Origin: a virus
IMG/VR virus record: IMGVR_UViG_3300045988_012538
Coordinates: 1-5,907 of that record
Direction: 5' to 3' (one strand)
DNA length: 5,907 bases
Of this stretch, positions 5,062 through 5,907 are shown piece after piece; the stretch's first letter is position 1; each line of letters starts with the position of its first letter. The notes beneath the pieces are model-generated. The model ran no database searches, was not told where the DNA came from, and saw only the letters and a list, made by a program, of their open reading frames with translations. Both the position numbers and the translations under genes were made by a program.

Positions 5062-5228
5062 TTTTCAACACTTTTAACACTTTCAACAGGTTTTCCACAA
5101 AATGTTGCACAAATGTTTTCGTCATTTTGACGGACTTTCAACATTTCAACAAATTTTCAACAAAACTTTCAACAGTATTTTTCGCTTTTTTCCTACGTTT
5201 TAGCGTTAAATTTTAGTACTTTTCAACT
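5062..5228. repeat. Array of same-orientation TTTCAACA 9-mers; iteron-like, resembling DnaA boxes.
   Basis: Copies: TTTTCAACA 5062, CTTTTAACA 5071, CTTTCAACA 5080, TTTTCCACA 5091, CTTTCAACA 5135, ATTTCAACA 5143, TTTTCAACA 5154, CTTTCAACA 5166, TTTTCAACT 5220. Spacings within each cluster are 8-12 nt. Confidence 0.85.
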
Positions 5229-5271
5229 TTTTCACTATCTCTACTACTACTCCTACAACAAGTTAATATTA

Positions 5272-5318
5272 TATCGCGCGTGCGCGCGTGCGCGCTATCG
5301 CGCGTGTGCGCACGTGCG
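5272..5318. repeat. GC-rich, strictly alternating pyrimidine-purine (CG/TG) tract forming an imperfect 20-bp inverted repeat.
   Basis: Sequence: TAT-CGCGCGTGCGCGCGTGCGCGC-TAT-CGCGCGTGTGCGCACGTGCG. The alternating runs are 5275-5295 (21 nt) and 5299-5318 (20 nt). The 11-nt direct repeat TATCGCGCGTG occurs at 5272 and 5296. Arms 5275-5294 and 5299-5318 pair as 16 Watson-Crick plus 4 G-T on the + strand. Confidence 0.9.
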
Positions 5319-5324
5319 AATTAG

Positions 5325-5358
5325 CTTACTTGATAGACTGGATAGACTGAATAGGCTG
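5325..5358. repeat. CTTACTTGATAG 12-mer (copy 1) leading into three tandem 9-mers.
   Basis: GATAGACTG is at 5332-5340, GATAGACTG at 5341-5349 and AATAGGCTG at 5350-5358. The 12-mer CTTACTTGATAG at 5325-5336 recurs exactly at 5398-5409. Confidence 0.9.
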
Positions 5359-5382
5359 ATACATGGAGCCTTTAGACGACAA

Positions 5383-5425
5383 TCACCTAGCCCAGTTCTT
5401 ACTTGATAGGTACTGGGCTAGGTGA
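5383..5425. repeat. Perfect 14-bp inverted repeat with a 15-nt loop; candidate origin stem-loop and/or Rep 3' structure.
   Basis: TCACCTAGCCCAGT (5383-5396) and ACTGGGCTAGGTGA (5412-5425) are exact reverse complements. The loop TCTTACTTGATAGGT carries copy 2 of the 12-mer. The structure lies 5 nt from the Rep stop codon (5431-5433). Confidence 0.85.
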
Positions 5426-5430
5426 CACCG

Positions 5431-5907
5431 TTAAAGTGTCCCCCTCTTCTTCATCTGCTTCTTTATCACTCTTTCTTTTGTCTTGCATTGTTCTGCAAAG
5501 TCTGTGTTTTCATACTTTAGCCTGTTTTCTGCGATTGCTGCTGCTTGTCTGTTCTGTTTAATTCTCCACAATCTTTGTGGGTTTTCTGCTTCCATCATTT
5601 TTTCATAATAACGTGGAATTTGTGCGTGTTTGCCGTTTGTGCATTGGATGTATCCTTGTCTCCAGATTTCTGCTTTGTGTTCTTGATAGTAGTGGTCTCC
5701 TAAGCCTGGCTTAAGGCTCATACATGCGAAAGGCTTTGTTTGCCCTAGTTCGTAGTATATGTTTGCTTTTTGGCCGTCAATTTCGTACATTTTTTTTGTA
5801 ACGTATCCTGCAACATATCTATATGTTTCTGGCACTGCTTGTGCTATTTGTATTTGACCCATGCCCCATAGTTTTTCCAGCCATTTACTTGTGTAGTATC
5901 CGTTGTG
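5431..5907 (-). CDS. VP4: Replication initiator VP4, C-terminal part. It is 5'-truncated by the window end, and 5789-5907 duplicates 1-119.
   Basis: The track ORF 5431..5862 (MGQIQIAQAVPETYRYVAGYVTKKMYEIDG...) is in frame with the 1..662 segment: 662 + 358 nt = 1020 nt = 340 codons. YVAGYVTKK is the superfamily I Rep two-tyrosine motif, comparable to phiX174 protein A. Confidence 0.93.
   Translation of the reverse strand, partial: HNGYYTSKWLEKLWGMGQIQIAQAVPETYRYVAGYVTKKMYEIDGQKANIYYELGQTKPFACMSLKPGLGDHYYQEHKAEIWRQGYIQCTNGKHAQIPRYYEKMMEAENPQRLWRIKQNRQAAAIAENRLKYENTDFAEQCKTKERVIKKQMKKRGTL
5789..5907. repeat. Terminal direct repeat, copy 2; identical to 1-119.
   Basis: Same comparison as copy 1. 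It implies a circular unit of 5,788 nt. Confidence 0.97.

Noticed and set aside
4910-5125. Minus-strand 71-aa ORF (MTKTFVQHFVENLLKVLKVLK...) inside the large intergenic region.
   Set aside because: It has no SD upstream of ATG 5125, whereas every other gene has a strong one. Its LKVLKVLK-type periodicity is produced by the TTTCAACA DNA repeats, which continue upstream beyond the ORF. Its stop lies inside the TTGACATATAAT promoter-like element. It cannot be fully excluded without homology data.
35-5216. All plus-strand ORFs in the track: 35..253, 849..1061, 964..1170, 1297..1701, 1638..1844, 1961..2245, 2279..2551, 2588..2815, 3472..3876, 3479..3688, 3726..4073, 3824..4009, 4096..4377, 4352..4576, 4589..4783, 4773..5216.
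   Set aside because: Each lies antisense to a well-supported minus-strand gene or within the repeat-rich control region. Their Leu/Phe/Ser/Cys-rich, low-complexity translations are what the T-rich antisense strand yields by composition. I saw no SD motifs and no recognisable families. Their hydrophobicity should not be taken for holins or amurins.
5062-5358. Short repeats as a CRISPR array.
   Set aside because: The repeat units are 8-9 nt with 0-4 nt between copies, far below CRISPR repeat and spacer sizes. The array sits in a phage control region.
5383-5425. The 14-bp stem-loop as a simple rho-independent terminator for Rep.
   Set aside because: On the sense strand the stem is followed by TTGTCGTCTAAAG, with no U-run. 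The 15-nt loop is large for a terminator and carries a duplicated 12-mer. A terminator role is not excluded, but an origin or protein-binding role fits better.

Overview
The window is a complete circular Microviridae genome, Gokushovirinae-like, written out linearly with a 119-nt overlap. Bases 1-119 are identical to 5789-5907, so the unit length is 5,788 nt. All credible genes lie on the minus strand and are tightly packed. In sense order from 4877 downward they are: a 60-aa orphan, a peptidase M15 cell-wall hydrolase, a 40-aa ORF, a 75-aa helical orphan, a 40-aa very basic J/ORF8-like DNA-binding protein, a 79-aa conserved small non-structural protein, VP3 internal scaffold, VP1 major capsid, VP2 DNA pilot, and VP4 Rep. 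Two of these are below the ORF-track size cutoff. Rep is cut by the linearisation point, so the track shows only its last 143 aa. It appears to start at a GTG (662) in a GTGA overlap with the VP2 stop, and VP1 starts the same way against the VP3 stop. The only sizeable non-coding stretch (4878-5430) is densely structured. It holds a same-orientation array of TTTCAACA 9-mers that resemble DnaA boxes, and a sharply GC-rich strictly alternating pyrimidine-purine (CG/TG) tract that folds into a 20-bp hairpin. It also holds three tandem GATAGACTG 9-mers beside a perfect 14-bp inverted repeat whose loop repeats a 12-mer found 73 nt upstream. I read this region as the promoter and origin control region. 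The plus-strand ORFs look like composition artefacts of the T-rich antisense strand. Strong AAGGAG/GGAGG ribosome-binding sites suggest a host that relies on Shine-Dalgarno pairing, for example Firmicutes rather than Bacteroidetes. That host call is an inference only.
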